A stretch of 64,000 bases of DNA from Octopus vulgaris. Taxonomy: Eukaryota. Shown here piece after piece: positions 13,023-28,000 of the stretch. The position numbers were made by a program, and so were the translations under genes. Under the pieces are notes generated by a model. It saw only the letters and a list, made by a program, of their open reading frames with translations, did no database searches and had not been told where the DNA came from. The stretch covers positions 144,646,001 to 144,710,000 of the forward strand of contig OX597818.1 in assembly GCA_951406725.2 (NCBI GenBank), given 5' to 3'. How positions within the stretch are numbered: the first letter of the stretch is position 1; each line of letters opens with the position of its first letter.

Positions 13023-16000
13023 TTATGTCAGTTTTTCTGTTGCAGGTGGGTTGGATGGCTTGATAGGAACTGTCAGAAGACTTCACCAAGCTCTGCTGTC
13101 TGCTTTGGTATGGTTTCTATGGTTGGATGCCCTTTCTAATGCCAACCATTTTATAGAGTGTACCAAGTGCTTTTTTTACCTAGTAACTTGCAAGACAAGA
13201 CCCTGCAACTGAAATGGGGAGTAGTATCGAAGGACAGGAAAATGTGTCTTGTATTAGAGAGGAAATGTGACTGCCTCTAGTGGAGAGGGAGAGTGGAGAG
13301 AAGATGGTGAAGATGTGGCAGGGAGGTGGGGTGAGAGGGCCATTCACTCAAGTTAAAAGAATATATACAGATACCTGTAAGTGAATTTGGTAAATGGAAA
13401 CTGCAAGAACCCTGATGTGTGTGTGTGAGGATGATGATATGTAGATGCAGGCATGAATGAATAGTCAGCATGAAGTTTACTTCTCAATCACATGGATTCA
13501 GGTTCAGTTCCACTGCATGGCACCTTGGGCAAGGAAGCACTTGTAGATACAAGTAGTAGTAGTAGTAGTAGTAGCAGCAGCAGCACTTGGTGTTGATAGT
13601 GGTGGAGGTGATGTTTAGTCCTGGTGGTGGTGGGGTGTCTTGATTGAGGTGACCTGTAACCAAAAGTATTGCAGGTACACTTAATTTGCTGTCTGCTCCA
13701 CGGTGCCTTGACTATAACCCTGGGCTGATTGATGCCTTATGAGTTGCTTAGATAGATGGAAACTGTAAAAAGCCTATCATATATGTATGTATATTTGTAT
13801 GTATGTGTGTGTGTGTGTGTGTGTGTGTGCATACTTGTTTACATTTGTGCTTCTCTAAAACTTGTTCAGCTGTGGAGGATGATATTGCTGTCATTTCCCC
13901 TAACAGCTTGTCATCTGCTGGCTTTCCTCTTTTGAAGATGTGTAGAATAAGATATTCCTTACTTTAGAAACAGATCAGGATTAATGACAGAGTGGGCATC
14001 TGGCTGTAAAACAATGCTTCAACAATATATTTGCATAAGCCATGTTAGCATAGGAAAGCAGATATAAAAATGAATGAATAGATGGATGTGTGTGTTCGAA
14101 TGTTGATATTCAATGCTTGTCACCACTTGCAGGAAACAGTAATGATTTCTTTCATTGGTCACTGATTTCATTAACCAGTAATTATTGTTCAAATTCTGCC
14201 TGAGGATAATTAAGCTTACTGTACCTCCTCCTCTAAATATGTGGCATTGTGTCTGTGTTAGAAATTGTTATTGTAGTTGTTGTTGTTATTTAATGTAAGA
14301 AGGAAGTTAGTATATGTCTTGTCTGTCTGGCTGTCCTTACCCGCTTTGACTGACCCCTACTTCCTTTTGTTATCTTCTCTTATCTGATTCTAGTTTCTTT
14401 GCCTGATCCCTAGTTCCTTTGCTTGCTCTCTACTTCCTCTACATGAACATCCTTTATTTACTCCCTAGTTTCCTTGACTGGTCCCTTGGACTGGTTCCTA
14501 CATATTTTGACTGATCTCTACTTCTTTTTTGACTCCCTACTTCTTTTGCCTGACATCTACTTTATCTAATCTCTTCTTATTTTGTCTGATCTTAAGTTCT
14601 TTTCATTGGTCCCTCTTCATTTGTTTGCTATTTCCTTTGCTTGATCCCTTGTCATTTTATCTGGTCCTTATTTTTTTACTCTCACCCTTACTCCTTTTGT
14701 CTAGTCTCTAATTCTGTGTCCAAATGATGTGCAACAACACTTTCAACTGAAGAGCTTTATGTATTGTTGCTTAATTCTACTTTCATGTCATTAATCTAAT
14801 AGCAAACAAATTTCAATGTGGAGAGGACTCCTTCGCATCTCGGGCCCGGGCTCAACAGCCAGGTAAAATGTAGAATTATTTACAAAAAACAATGCTAGTA
14901 TTTCTTTGTATCTAGGTAGAATATTCTACCTAAATACCTGAAAGTACACTTGTTGGGTCTGATGGGGTGGTGGCTTAGGTGTTCATGGGTGTAGTTGATA
15001 TCATTAATGTTCCACTTGAACTGTTGCAAGTTGACAGCTGCAGGAAAGACATGAGCAGAGAAGATATTTCAGGGGCTGACATCCTGAGGGGACCCAGTTT
15101 ACACTGAAATACGTATGTGTACTTGGAATTTAATGATTTTTTTTTAACAAGTTTGCTGTTAAATTTTAATAATGAATGTCATGAAGTAGCTTAGTATGAA
15201 ATCAATTATTGTCATAGAAATCAAACAAATGGACTGACCAAAAATGAACTGTGTTTGGTTTTGCTTCTGTTCCATTCCTGACATATAAACTCTGTCCAGT
15301 CTTTTCCAAGTCTCCCTCATTGCAGTTGTAGCTTGTAAAGTGAAACCTGGGGGTTTTATTTCCTCACTCCTCAATGCAAAGAAGGCAGTAAATTACAGTG
15401 GCATATGGTGGTCGTTGTATTGGGTTTCCTTCTACACCCAATGTCACCAAACTTCAAGCAGGGGTATAGCAAAAGTTTTCCATTAAGATTTGTGTTTAAA
15501 TTAATGAATAAGCTTAATATTTATAGTGAATTTGCCATTTTCAATGAGTGTGCAGTGCACACCTAGCACACTTTGAATATATGCCCCTGGGAAATTATCT
15601 TCACCAATGTAAACAATCATATGTTCTACAAAGTAAGTAGACTTATTAAACATTTTTTCTTTTAGGGAGAAGTCACTGTTCATTTCAATAAACTTCATGC
15701 TGACCCAAAACAAGGGAAATCATTGGACATAGGTAAGTAAAGTGTTTTTATTTATAACTATTCACTGGAATTGTGGAAGCTTGCTGGGCTGTAGAGAAAG
15801 TAACGATGCTTTCTTTACTGTTTCCTATATATTGAGGTCCAAATTTTGTTTAAACAGATGACAAGCCTCAAAGATGATGTTCATCTTGCTCCAATATCAT
15901 CATCATCATTGTTTAACGTCCGCTTTCCGATCATGATGATGATGATGATGATGATATATATTATGATTTTGACACATGTCCTCAAAGAGATTTTTATCTC

Positions 16001-19000
16001 AGACAATTTCACAGCATCATTGACTTCCAATGGTGTGTATAATTTAGTATGATACACAGATGACAATTTTTATCTAATACTGCTTTAATTCTGTATGCAA
16101 GGTTTTATATATTTTATAATAGTAATGTGGTAGTTTGGTTGTGATTAAGGTACTTGACTACTGCTCAAATAGCCATAAGTTCAAATCTTTCTCCAGCCAT
16201 TGTGTTGTACATGTGATTAAAGGACATAACCTGTTTGCTTCAATTGGCGTGGTTGATAAAAACCTTGTCTTCAACTTCATTAATGGTAGGAAATGGATTT
16301 GCTTATAGAAACAAATGTTCTAATTAAGCAAATAACTGTCCTATCCTTGTAAACCTGAAAAATTGTATGTAAAACAGAGAAAAAGTATTACTGAAATATT
16401 CAGATCTTTTCCTATTTGTTCTGGTAGATTAAAATAATTTTAATAAGCGGAAAATTGAACTGGAGATTGAGGCTTTCCAGTTCACCAAATTTTAGCGACA
16501 TGTACTTTAATACTGTGATTTTTTTTAAAGTGACAAATACTAGTACCCACCACCTCAACAGAAAATTAGTGAAATATTTGCCTCTTCTCTCTTTATTTGT
16601 CTTATGAAGAAAGGCTGAAGACGCTCGACCTTTATTCTCTAGAAAAACACCGCCGCCGTGTTGATCTCATTCTTGCTCACAACATCATAAGCGGAAAGTG
16701 TAACCTCTCGAAAGAGCTGTTCTTCAATCCTGCTCCAGAGCGTCGGCTGCGGGGTCACTCCAAAAAGCTCTATCTGCAATGATTTCATCTCAGTCGAAGG
16801 AGAGGGGCTTTCCCCATCTGGGTTGTGGATCCGTGGAATAAGCTGCTGGATGAGATAGTGAAGATGCCAATGACCGCTCGGTTCAAAGTCTCTCTTGACC
16901 AGAAATGGCCTGAACTCTTTGCATGAACACCACCCTGTACATAACTCCATGTCCCCCTACATGGCCTTGCTTTTTGCTTTTTGAGCCAAAAAATTAACTT
17001 AACTTACAGAGAAGACAAAGACTTTGCTTCCATATAATTCTTCTTTCTTGGTGTCAGACAAGTTTAAAATGTTTAAACATGTCTTGATTTTATGGAACAT
17101 GGCAATTTGTCTGCTCCCTTTTCTTAGTGTTCACAGCATCCTTCCCTTTGAGAAATGCTGCTTTGATGATGTTTCTTCTTTTCTGATAAAATGGGATTTA
17201 TGTGAGCATGTTTTAATGATTTATACTTTTGAAATATTTTGGAACAAATTCATATTCTTCTTAATGAAGTGTTCTTCTCTCATGATTTTGTGTTCTTGTC
17301 ATATTATGTGGTTTTCTGCTTTTGTTTTATGTCTTCTAGTATTGAAAAAAGTCAAGCATCGATTTGTGGAAAATATGAACTCCAACACAGCAGATGCTTT
17401 AGGGTTAAGTCGAGCCATCTTATGCAATGGTAAGTTCATCTTATTTGAAGTATTTTGTGTATGTTTGAATTTTATTGATGTGCAAGTGTAGTTGTATGGT
17501 TAATAGGCTTTCTTCCCAACTACATGGTTCAGTCCTACTGTGTGGCACCTTGGAAAAGTGTCTTCTACTAAAGTCCAGGGGCCAGCCAAAGTTTTGGAGT
17601 AGATTTGGTAAACAAAAACTGTAAGAAGCTATGTGTATGTGTGTGTGTTTGCACGTATGTGTGTGTGCATTTGTATCTTGGTGTCCTGACAACCTGGGTT
17701 AGTTGAGAATGTGTATCACTGTCATACAAGCAGTGTTACTCATTTCCAGTATTCTGTGGGTTGCTTGAAAACAGGTGAGGGTTAGTGACAGTATTTTAAC
17801 CCTTTGAAATGGTCAATGTTTTAACCAGGTCTATTTTGGATAATAAAACTGTTATGCTCTGTAGCTCCATCATCGTTTAAACGTTAAAGAACAGTTACTT
17901 TGATGAGACTAACCATATTCTCATCGTTGTAATAATTATTTTAAGGTATTTTATGCCCTCCCATTGAACACCTTTCTCTAGTTTAGACAAACTCTAAAAC
18001 ATTAATGTCTGTACATGTAGCAGTTTTGTAAAACCTACAAAACGGTGGTTCCCCAAAATATTTTATCTCAGAGACCTTATACAATTTTCCAAATTATTAT
18101 TTTGTAAAATACATTTTTATTAAATTTTATTAAAAGACTTATTTCACAGAATACCAGAAGGTTTCCAAGAAACCTACTTCAAAGAAACAGTGCGGTAGAA
18201 GACTGGTACCTCCACCTGTATTCAGTGTCATTATCTCAGTTTATAGAAATGGTGATTCAGGTCATAGAGTAGCAAACTGAATGCGTTGTAGTTTTGAGTT
18301 CAAATCCTGCTGAGGTTGAATTTGATTTTCATCCTTCATGGATGACAAAATCAGTTCTAGATTTGGTCAGTTGAAGTCTTTTCAATCACAAAAAATTGGT
18401 CTTTTTACCTAAGAAAGAAATTTATGGCCATTATCATCTTTTAATAATATTCTTTTACATATTTTACGATCTGTTATTATTGCATACAACATAATGAGCT
18501 AACAAAGGAGACACTATATAGTTGTTTGACCTGCTAGTAATAACAGCCAGATCTACTTCAATTCACACCTTATTGTTCTACTTAAAAAAGGACACATTGA
18601 TTGTAGTTGTAGGTACACTGAAAACATGGAATAGTCAAAACACCTTTGATCATAAGTCTGTTGGACTAGGGCTAACTTGGACTAAGCAATGACTAACATG
18701 TTTCACACATTTTTAAAACATTACAATTTGGGAGGGAAATTTTTCTCTGTGAAGTACAAAGAGTACTTTTGTAATATATTTATGTTAAATCTGGTTGGTG
18801 GCAAATTGGCAAAATTTTTATAGCATTGCATTGATTGCCTCATGGTATTTGTTCTGACTGACTACCTTCTGAGATCAAATCCCTCTGGATCAACTTTGCT
18901 TTTCATCCTTTTGAGGTTGATAAAAAAAAAAATACCAGTTGAGAGCAGTATTAATATTTGGTGGAACTGTAAATAAGAATGTCAGATTGAATGTCTTGTG

Positions 19001-22000
19001 GAATTTGTTCTGGTTCTCTGTGTTCTGAGTCAAATTTCATCTAGGTACCTAAAAAGTGCCCTTACCAACATAGAGAGTTAATATGGTAAGTAAGGCAAAT
19101 CCTTAAAATAAAGGCCAATTAAATAATACTGGATAGAGTTGAGAGAGAAGTGAATGAAATAAGTAGTAACTGGAAAACACAATACAACCAATCTGAACAA
19201 CTTCACCATCTGAGAATGTTGGTCTTTTTTTATTGTCTATGAAGTAATAGAAAGTCTGCAACAGAACTGAGCTGTGGATTGCAAGAATCAATTACCAAAA
19301 TGCTTTATGGCATTTAGCTACAGTCCTTTACATTCTGAATTCAAATACTACCTCAGTCAACTTTGCCTGTCACCCTCCAGAGTCGATAAAATAAAGTACC
19401 AGTCAAGTACTGAGGTTGATCTAATTGACTAACACCTTTTCTCCAAATATTTGGCCTTATGTTTGTATCATAAATTATTTCTGAAATAATGGATTATCTC
19501 CATGGAACTAATCTAAATCGACATTCTATTTAAGAATGTTTATTCATTATCTATGAATAATAGATAAAGGAATGCCATCAGGAAAAGCCTTAAAGTCTGA
19601 ATTTGTGTAATTTGTGTAATCTTTTTACATTTTCTGATAAAATTTATTTTGTTTTGCAGATGGACTTGTTAAGAAACTGGAAGAGCTTGAAAAAACTGCT
19701 GAGATGTACTGTGGCTTGATTGAACATGCTAAAAGGCTATTGAAAGCAACATTCGAACTATCTCAGTCATATAAAAGTAAGTTTGCATTTAAAAACAAAC
19801 CTCCTCATAAATTAACATACACAACAAATAATTTTGGTAATTAATTATATTTGTATTATTAACAGGCATGAAGCAAAGCAATAAAATAATTTGCCATTTA
19901 AGAATACAATTAAAGTATATTGATGTAGAATTCTAGATCAGTAAAACTGATAAATTGGATCAACAATGAACCTTCATTTATTCTTTTCTTACTTTCTTTT
20001 TCTCTACTCCTTCACCCTGTCTCACAGGCACACATACAGTCTGATGCTTGATAATATAGTGATAAGTATTCCTGCCTATCATAAAGAGGAACAAGGTTCC
20101 ACTCTCAGCCAACACTTTATAATGAGCTACTTAGAGAACTTCTGTGAAGTTTCTCAGCATACTAGAAAAAGCGACCGAGTCACTTTAAATCACAAATCCC
20201 AGTATCTTAAAAACTAATGAAGGACACATTGGATAATTTAATCTTTTGATACACTAATCCAGGGAAAATACATGGTATGGTCAGAGCTGAAATGCCCTTT
20301 GGCCACTATTGTGCTCATCAACCAAGGCTGACCTGGAACTAAACAACAGCAGCACACAAATACAGTAGTAATAATGCCTGTCTTCCATAGCATAAAGCAG
20401 ATAACAAAATCTTTCTCTTATATATCAAATCATTGTAATACCAGTTGAAGTGGTGTTGCTTAACCCATTCTTGCTTTGGTGGTTGCAGAATTGAAAAACT
20501 GAAAGATATTATTATTAAGGCAGCAAGCTGACAGAATTGTTAGCATGCTGGATGAAATGCTTAGTGGTATTTTGCCTGCCACTATGTTCTGAGTTCAAAT
20601 TCTACTGAGGTTGTCTTTGCCTTTCATCCTTTCAGGGTCAATAAATTAAGTATCAGTGAAACACTTGGGTCAATGTAATTGACTAGTTCCCTCCCCACAA
20701 TTTCAGGCTTTGTGCCTATAGTAGAAAGAATTATTATTATTATTATTATTATAATAGACCTCATATTAGAGAGATTAATGATGCTGTTTAGTACGTTATA
20801 GTATTTAGTTTTGTCTCTTGAGAACAGTGGGTTTCAATTTTTTAACCTTTGAAGTTCACTGGAGATCAACTAAATTACTGGTATATTTTACATAGAAAAC
20901 AATATTTAAAATTTTTTGATTTAGCTAAAAATATAGAAAATTATTGTCTACCTTGTTTTGTTAATTATACTTATGTATAACAAAATTTTGAAGACACTCG
21001 AGCATTTGTATGGATTTTCTAAAGTCTTGAATTCTATTTTAAAAATCTGCAATATACCAAGATACCTTTTGCCATGAGCCAGAACACCATAGCACTGTAT
21101 CACATTATTTGAGAATCACCCTCTGTTCTAGAGTTCATACTCAAATTCTACTGAAACTATTTTACCTATTTTATTTTTAAAAACTGGAATAAATATTTTT
21201 TTAAAATCATTTGAAACCAGGGAAGGTCTGATGACACACATCAGGTTGTAAAATAACTCCTCAGTTTTAACTCTTTGCCCAACCCATGCTAGCATGGAAA
21301 AACAGACATAAGACAAATTATTTTATATCCCAATTAGTGAACAACAACATTATTGGTTACAGGTTTTTTAATGGGTCAATTATTGGTTCACTGTACCTCT
21401 GATGGTGAAAGTGATGAGGAAGTGTCTAACTTGATGCAGAACCTGTATCTAAAGGGAGTTTATTCATAAAGCAAACATGTTTTGGTTCTCTTGCTGATGT
21501 TTATATCTAATATACACTAGCAAAGTATATATACGAACACATCATCATCATCATTTTAATGTCCACTTTTTCATGCTTGCATGGGTCAGGTGGGATTCAG
21601 GTAGATTTCTAACACCTGGATGCCCTTTGTATCACCAACCCTCACCTGTTTCCAAGCAAATTAATATTTTCACATGACCAGGCCTGTTATCACAGAATAT
21701 TGTAAATGAATGACACTGCTGATATGACAGTGACACTCCTTCACAACTATCACATAATATCAAGACAAGGACACACACACATCCACTTACAAGTGATTGG
21801 GAAGCAAACTTCTTAATCACACAGTTTGCAGCCACCTAATTCTTTTCACAAGTTATTCGTCAACTCACATCTTTAGTAGAAGACTCAAGCACAAAGTGCT
21901 ATGCTGTGGAATCAAACTTAGAACTACATGGTTGTGAAACAAGTTCCTTGACCACACGAACCATGCCTGCACTTATTTGGTTTTTATTCCTTCAAGTTTA

Positions 22001-25000
22001 GTAAAATTAGTACTGGATGAACAGTCCATTTAACAGATTATACTTCTCATCCACAGAGTTTAAGCCTTTTAATTAGTTTAGCCTTTTTAATTAGTTGCAA
22101 GAAGTCATTGTATCTGTTGGAAAGGTTGGGAGTTTTCAGAAGTGGTACAGCACTAGACTAAATGTTTTATAATATCTAGTCTTGTTTTCCATTCTTCTGA
22201 GTTCAAATCTTACAGGGGATGAAGTTAGTCTTTCATCTTCTAGCTTTAATATAGTCAGTACAAGACGTGTGCCCAGAACAATTCAGTTGATTGTGCCCTT
22301 TTCCTACAATTGATTGGTCTTGTGCCAGTGTGAGAAACCTTTTTTATGCAAGCAAGTGAATGTTAAAATGATGGTGATGATAATGATGATATGTTTATAC
22401 CTGTTATTTCGTCTCAACCAATCCACACCTTGAATATAACATGCATTCAATACATGTATAATATATAATAAGGGAGCTTGATTTGTTAGAAATACCTGCC
22501 AGTTTCCCTTACACCACATCCTACCATTTTGAAAGAAGGATACATTGAATAGTGGGATCTTAGATAAAACAAATTGATGGGATAGTGACCATTAGAATTC
22601 CTTATTTTTCTTTAACACCTTAGTCTAGAAGACAGAGTTGTGCCTACAACCTTCTCAGGTCTTCCAAGACCAGCGAGACTGATATTGTTGATATTCTTCA
22701 TGGGTAAGTGCAAGTTGACAGTATAGGGATGGAATTCCCTTCTGGTGAGAAAGGTCTGGAGTGAGTGATTAGTGTGAGGCAAGGGGAAGTGGAGACAATA
22801 AGGGTGATTAGTGGAACAGAGACAAGGGAATCAGGTGAGCTTGAGTGAAGATGAGATCAGCCAACTGTGAAGAGTAGTGGCAAGAGGAAGAGTGAGGGGA
22901 CAGTATAGCCATGGGCTGGAAGTTGGAGTGTGTGAATGAACATGGGTATGCTCAATGAAGGGTGACCTGGGGCTAAATAACTATAACAGCAACAACAACT
23001 AAACTTGTTTTGGATATTTTGAATAATATTTCAATTGTCTTGTTTTAGCTTTTGGAGACGTCTTCGTTGGCATTGGAGTGAGGGAGCCTCAGCCCAGAGC
23101 CAGCGAGGCATTTTCAAAATTCGGTGAAGCTCACCGTGACATGGAGAAGTTTGCAATAAAAATGATACGAACAGTCAAACCTGTAAGTTGCGGTGATTTA
23201 TTTTTTAAAGATTTTATCTTTTTTCTTATTTTTACATCAACTGTTTTAGAATTGGCCTGTTTCATGTATTGTTAGAATGAGTATTTTTAGCTTTCTCTAA
23301 TATAGTATCTTGACCTATTAATCATTGCCTTACAGCTGAAGAATTTTTCTTCATGAAATTAAAATAAGGTAGCTTGCCAGAGCCTATCTTATATGTAAAT
23401 ATATCTTACAAGAGGTATTGTATCTAATAATCCCAACTAAGAGCAGTGAATTGGTTCTATCTTGTGACCCCTCCTTACAAGTAAATAGACTATGCTATTT
23501 AGAATCAAGTGTCATGGTTATGAATACGATACAGTACACTTGTGCATAATCCAAACTATTAGCCTTATTTAATATTAAGTACTTAATTCTAAAATGGAAC
23601 CAGTCTGGTCCACAACTAAACTGCATTCAATAAGTGCTTCATTATCTTCTTTAGTTATTGTCTTGATTAGTAAAGGGTCATGCTGTAATGGTTCAACCAT
23701 TGGCTTTAATCCACTTTCTCAGTCTTAAAACAGGGTAGTTTGATAGAAATTTAAATAAAACCAACATTAAATGTTGATTAAAGAATTTTTATGTAATTAT
23801 TGAGACTTGTAGCTGTAGTTTTGTTCATTAGCGGTTTTCTGTTGTAACCTTTTCTTGTAACATTATCAAAATGTTTGAAAATGCTATGTACTGTTGATAC
23901 TTTGTTGTTCATCATATTTATATATCTTCTTGATACATATAATATCTATTAATTATTGTTTTGCAGATGATTTGTGACTTACACACATTTCTCAACAAGG
24001 CAGTACCAGATACTCGTCTTACAATCAAGAAGTATCTAGACTCTAAATTTGAATATTTGGTAAGTCTCTTGTTTATTTTCTAAATTAAAGTAATTCTATG
24101 TTTGAGTACAATTAGATTCTGATATGTGCATTTACATCACAGATGTTTTACACATGCTGTTTGTGCATTTTTTTACTGTTATGCTTTTGTTTCTGGAAAA
24201 TCTCCTCAAATCAATGGATAAGTTTATTACCCTATACAGGTTTATGTAGTCAATAAAAGATAACTGCATTTCTTTTTTGTTTTTGGCATTCAAATTTGCA
24301 GCAACTTACTGACAAAGTCTTTAAAAACCCATAAAAAACTGGTTTACCCTGAAGACCAAAATTAAATATAAGTTACATAGCTATGAATTTGTAGAAGAAA
24401 AGATCAATTATTTTTCTTAGTAAATTCATATGTACTTGTAATTCACCAATGATACCAAAAGGGTTTCCCATGCCTGATCTGCACAGTGTTTCACTTTACA
24501 TCATGAATGCCTTTCAGAAGAGTATCAGAACAGCCAAGATGCAGCATGGGCAGGATAATTCAGACTGTTTAAGATCAAGTCAACAACTCAGCATTATGCA
24601 TATCTTTGCTTGCGAAGACCTGTTGGGGCAAGTGAAATCGGAATCGAAATTGAACCTATCCTATGACTGGCACCCGGCAGATGCCAGGACCCCTGGACTG
24701 GAGATACGTAAAAAGCACTATCCGAATCGTGGCTGATGCCAGCGCCGCCTCGACTGGCTTCCGTGTCGGTGGCACGTAAAAAGCACCATCCGAATCGTGG
24801 CCAAAGCCTGTGCCGCCTCGACTGGCTTCCGTGCAGGTGGCACGTAAAATGCACCAATCCGACCGTGGCCAATGCCAGCCTCGCCCGGTACCAGTGCAGG
24901 TGGCACGTAAAAAGCACCCACTACACGGAGTGGTTGGCGTTAGGAAGGGCATCCAGCTGTAGAAACATTGCCAGATAAGACCGGAGCCTGGTGCAGCCTT

Positions 25001-28000
25001 CTAGCTTCCCAGATCCCCGGTCGAACCATCCAACCCATGCTAGCATGGAGAACGGACGTTAAACGATGATGATGATGATGATGTATTGTTGATGAACAAA
25101 GGTGATTATATCACTTGTACAAGGATGAACAAAGGAGATTAGATCATGTAGGTAGGTATTTGCATGCAAATACCTACCTACAAGACATAGCAGAAATATG
25201 GTTTATAACTAATGTTCTTATAGAGATTGATGATGTTTATATTCTTTAAATCATCGGAGTTGTAGCATTTGTCCCAACACTGGTAAAAACTAATGTTAAT
25301 GTATGTGTCTGTGGCAGCTTCATAACCTTTTCAATCATAGAAGTGCCATTTCAAGGAGGACAAATAAACTTTGAAGAGCGGCCGATCCTTCTCTAATAGA
25401 CACAATGCTTTGTCAGTAATAGTATATTCCTGAGCTAATTGTTTAGTACCCTGTTAATGTAACCATTAGCTCAGTATCCTGAAGACATAGTCATTAGCAT
25501 AATACCCTATTGATGAAGTAATTAGCACAGTACCCTACTGATGTAATCATTAACACAATAGTCTTTTAATGTAGCCATTAGCACAGTACCCTAGTATTGT
25601 AGCCATTAGCACAGTACCCTAGTAATGTAGCCATTAGCACTCTGGTATAAGAAGTAGATGAAGTTAAGTGCCTCAACTTGGAATTAAAGCTTTATTGTAA
25701 ACTTGACTTTCAGAGACTTTATTAACACTGTTTTGCACTTCTACCTGAGCAAAATGACTGGTTAACATGTATTTTTTTGTAGTCATACTGTCTTAAGCTG
25801 AAAGAAATGGATGATGAAGAATACAGTTATGCTGCTCTTCAAGAACCACTTTACCGTGTTGAAACTGGCAATTATGAATATAGGTAAGATTTCAGTTTTA
25901 TTTTTATCTTGCTATTTTACATTCATCCATCTTATTTAAATATCAGTGGATAGAAGAATTATTAGAACATTGTATGAAATATCTTGCAATAATTAGATGC
26001 AAACTTTCTCCTGAGATAACCACTGAAATCCAGAACATTTGGCAACTCAAGCTGGTTGTAGGCCTGTGCACCACTGTGAATTATGGGAAGAAAACTCCAG
26101 AATTTACCTACTCCCTCCACGACACTAACCGTAAGAAGTTTCTGGTAAATGTCACCACAGTGTTATGGTCAACAATGATCTGTGTTGGCTGAGCCATATT
26201 TCTAAAATTGGCAAAAAGACTGAACGTATCCTAGCATTACTCAGTAACACCTTTGTCAGCTGCTCACCAGCTTTTTATCTAAAGCTATATATGGTTATGC
26301 TATGTCCACATTTGGAGTTTGCACCTCCAATCTGGAACTCCTATCTTGTCCAGAATATCAGTTTTCTACAAGCTGACCAGAGACGTGCAGCTAGACTGTA
26401 GAATGTATTGCCTCTGGGCATCGACATGCTAAAGTTTCAATGTCTAGCAGCTACCTGGAAGGATCTCACAAGATTATCCACCATCATTCTAACAATACCT
26501 TTGGCCACCTTTTTCAATTCAATCACTCATGGACGTGCTTATAAAATAAAAAAACAGTGCAGTATCCATGACTTTCAGCAATGTTGTTTCATGCTGTATT
26601 TCTTTACTTGACTTATGTAGCTGCTTTCTGTCCCCTCTTTTAACTTTTTCTGATGAATTGTACAATAAATTTATTATCACATTTCACCTCTGACAGTAAT
26701 ACAACCTTGTAGAACCTCTGCTGTTGGCTTGTAAATGTAATGTGAGTTGATACCTGATGGCAACTTGTAGTGTAGAATCTAGTGAGATAGTAGTTCAAAG
26801 ATTACTAAGACTCATGCAAGAATAAGCAAAGAACAAAGACAGCTGTAGAAAAAAAATGCTGCAGATCTCTCTAGCCAGTATCAATAGAAAAGAAGATATT
26901 AAATCAGTATTGCAAATTTTAATGATGATGATGGTTTTCTTTCTTATTTCATATTCATTTTTGTATGCTTACTTAAGTAAGATGGATCTTTTGAGCAATT
27001 GTTTATACAACTTGATTCCATTCCTATCACTAGCTAATTAGGAATGAAACCTGCTTTTTGGTTAGTTTAAGAAACAGGAACATATAAACTGAGTTGTAGG
27101 CCTTGTTCAAAGGCCCAGTGAAATTTGAACTCCACTCATCAATATAGCACCTTGAATTTATAGCACTGTACCTATAAATATCTTCATAATTGCACAGTAA
27201 TACTTGGTCTAGCATTATTCTTCATACTTCTTCAGTAATCCTATTTTATCATGGAGTCTGTTAATCGAAATTTTCAATTGCAATTTTTTAAAAGTTGCTT
27301 TTTTTTGGAACTGATCTCTTTTCAACTACAAATTATTTAACTATATAGTAAAACTAAGTATTACATCTTCAGCAAGTCAACTTACTAAAGCTCATTCTTG
27401 CCAAAACATATACCTTTGGGAGGATTTGAGTTGAGTTACTGAAGCTACAAAACATTTTCCTATTTTTCTCATTCACTACTATACCTTTTCCTACTCTGTA
27501 AAAATTTCTGAATTTTTTCAAACTTTGCACCCAAATTGGGATGTGGAACTTATTCCACCCCCTGCAGATCTGTCCACAATAACTTCTGTTTCATGTGATA
27601 CATCATCTATCAGGTTGAGATTATGTTTGGCTATGGTAGGATGCTGTCAGTTTGGATAAGTTCAAAGGCATTCAACAAGGTCAACCATCACATCCTGGCA
27701 GCCGTCCTAAGAGCAATTGATTTCAGTCTTGACTTCAGAAGCTGGATTGCTGCAATACAATGGCACCTGTTTGGTGCTCATATTACATGGCCATCTCTTG
27801 GGACTGTTCAGTATCATACACCTGGTCCGTCAAGGATGCCCTCTCTTGCCTCACCTATATGTTTTGACATTGGAGTCATTGCTGTAGAGGATAGAGATTT
27901 TGAAGGGCATAAACAAACAATCTCACTGTCAGACACTTTGGGAATAGATGTGATTAATACCATACTAGAGGAATAGCGGGAGTGCAGAGAAGCACACATT

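Noticed and set aside
23336-23360. CTGAAGA...TGAAA in a PICK1 intron
   Set aside because: TGAAGAA pairs with TTCTTCA as a simple hairpin; no three-way junction.
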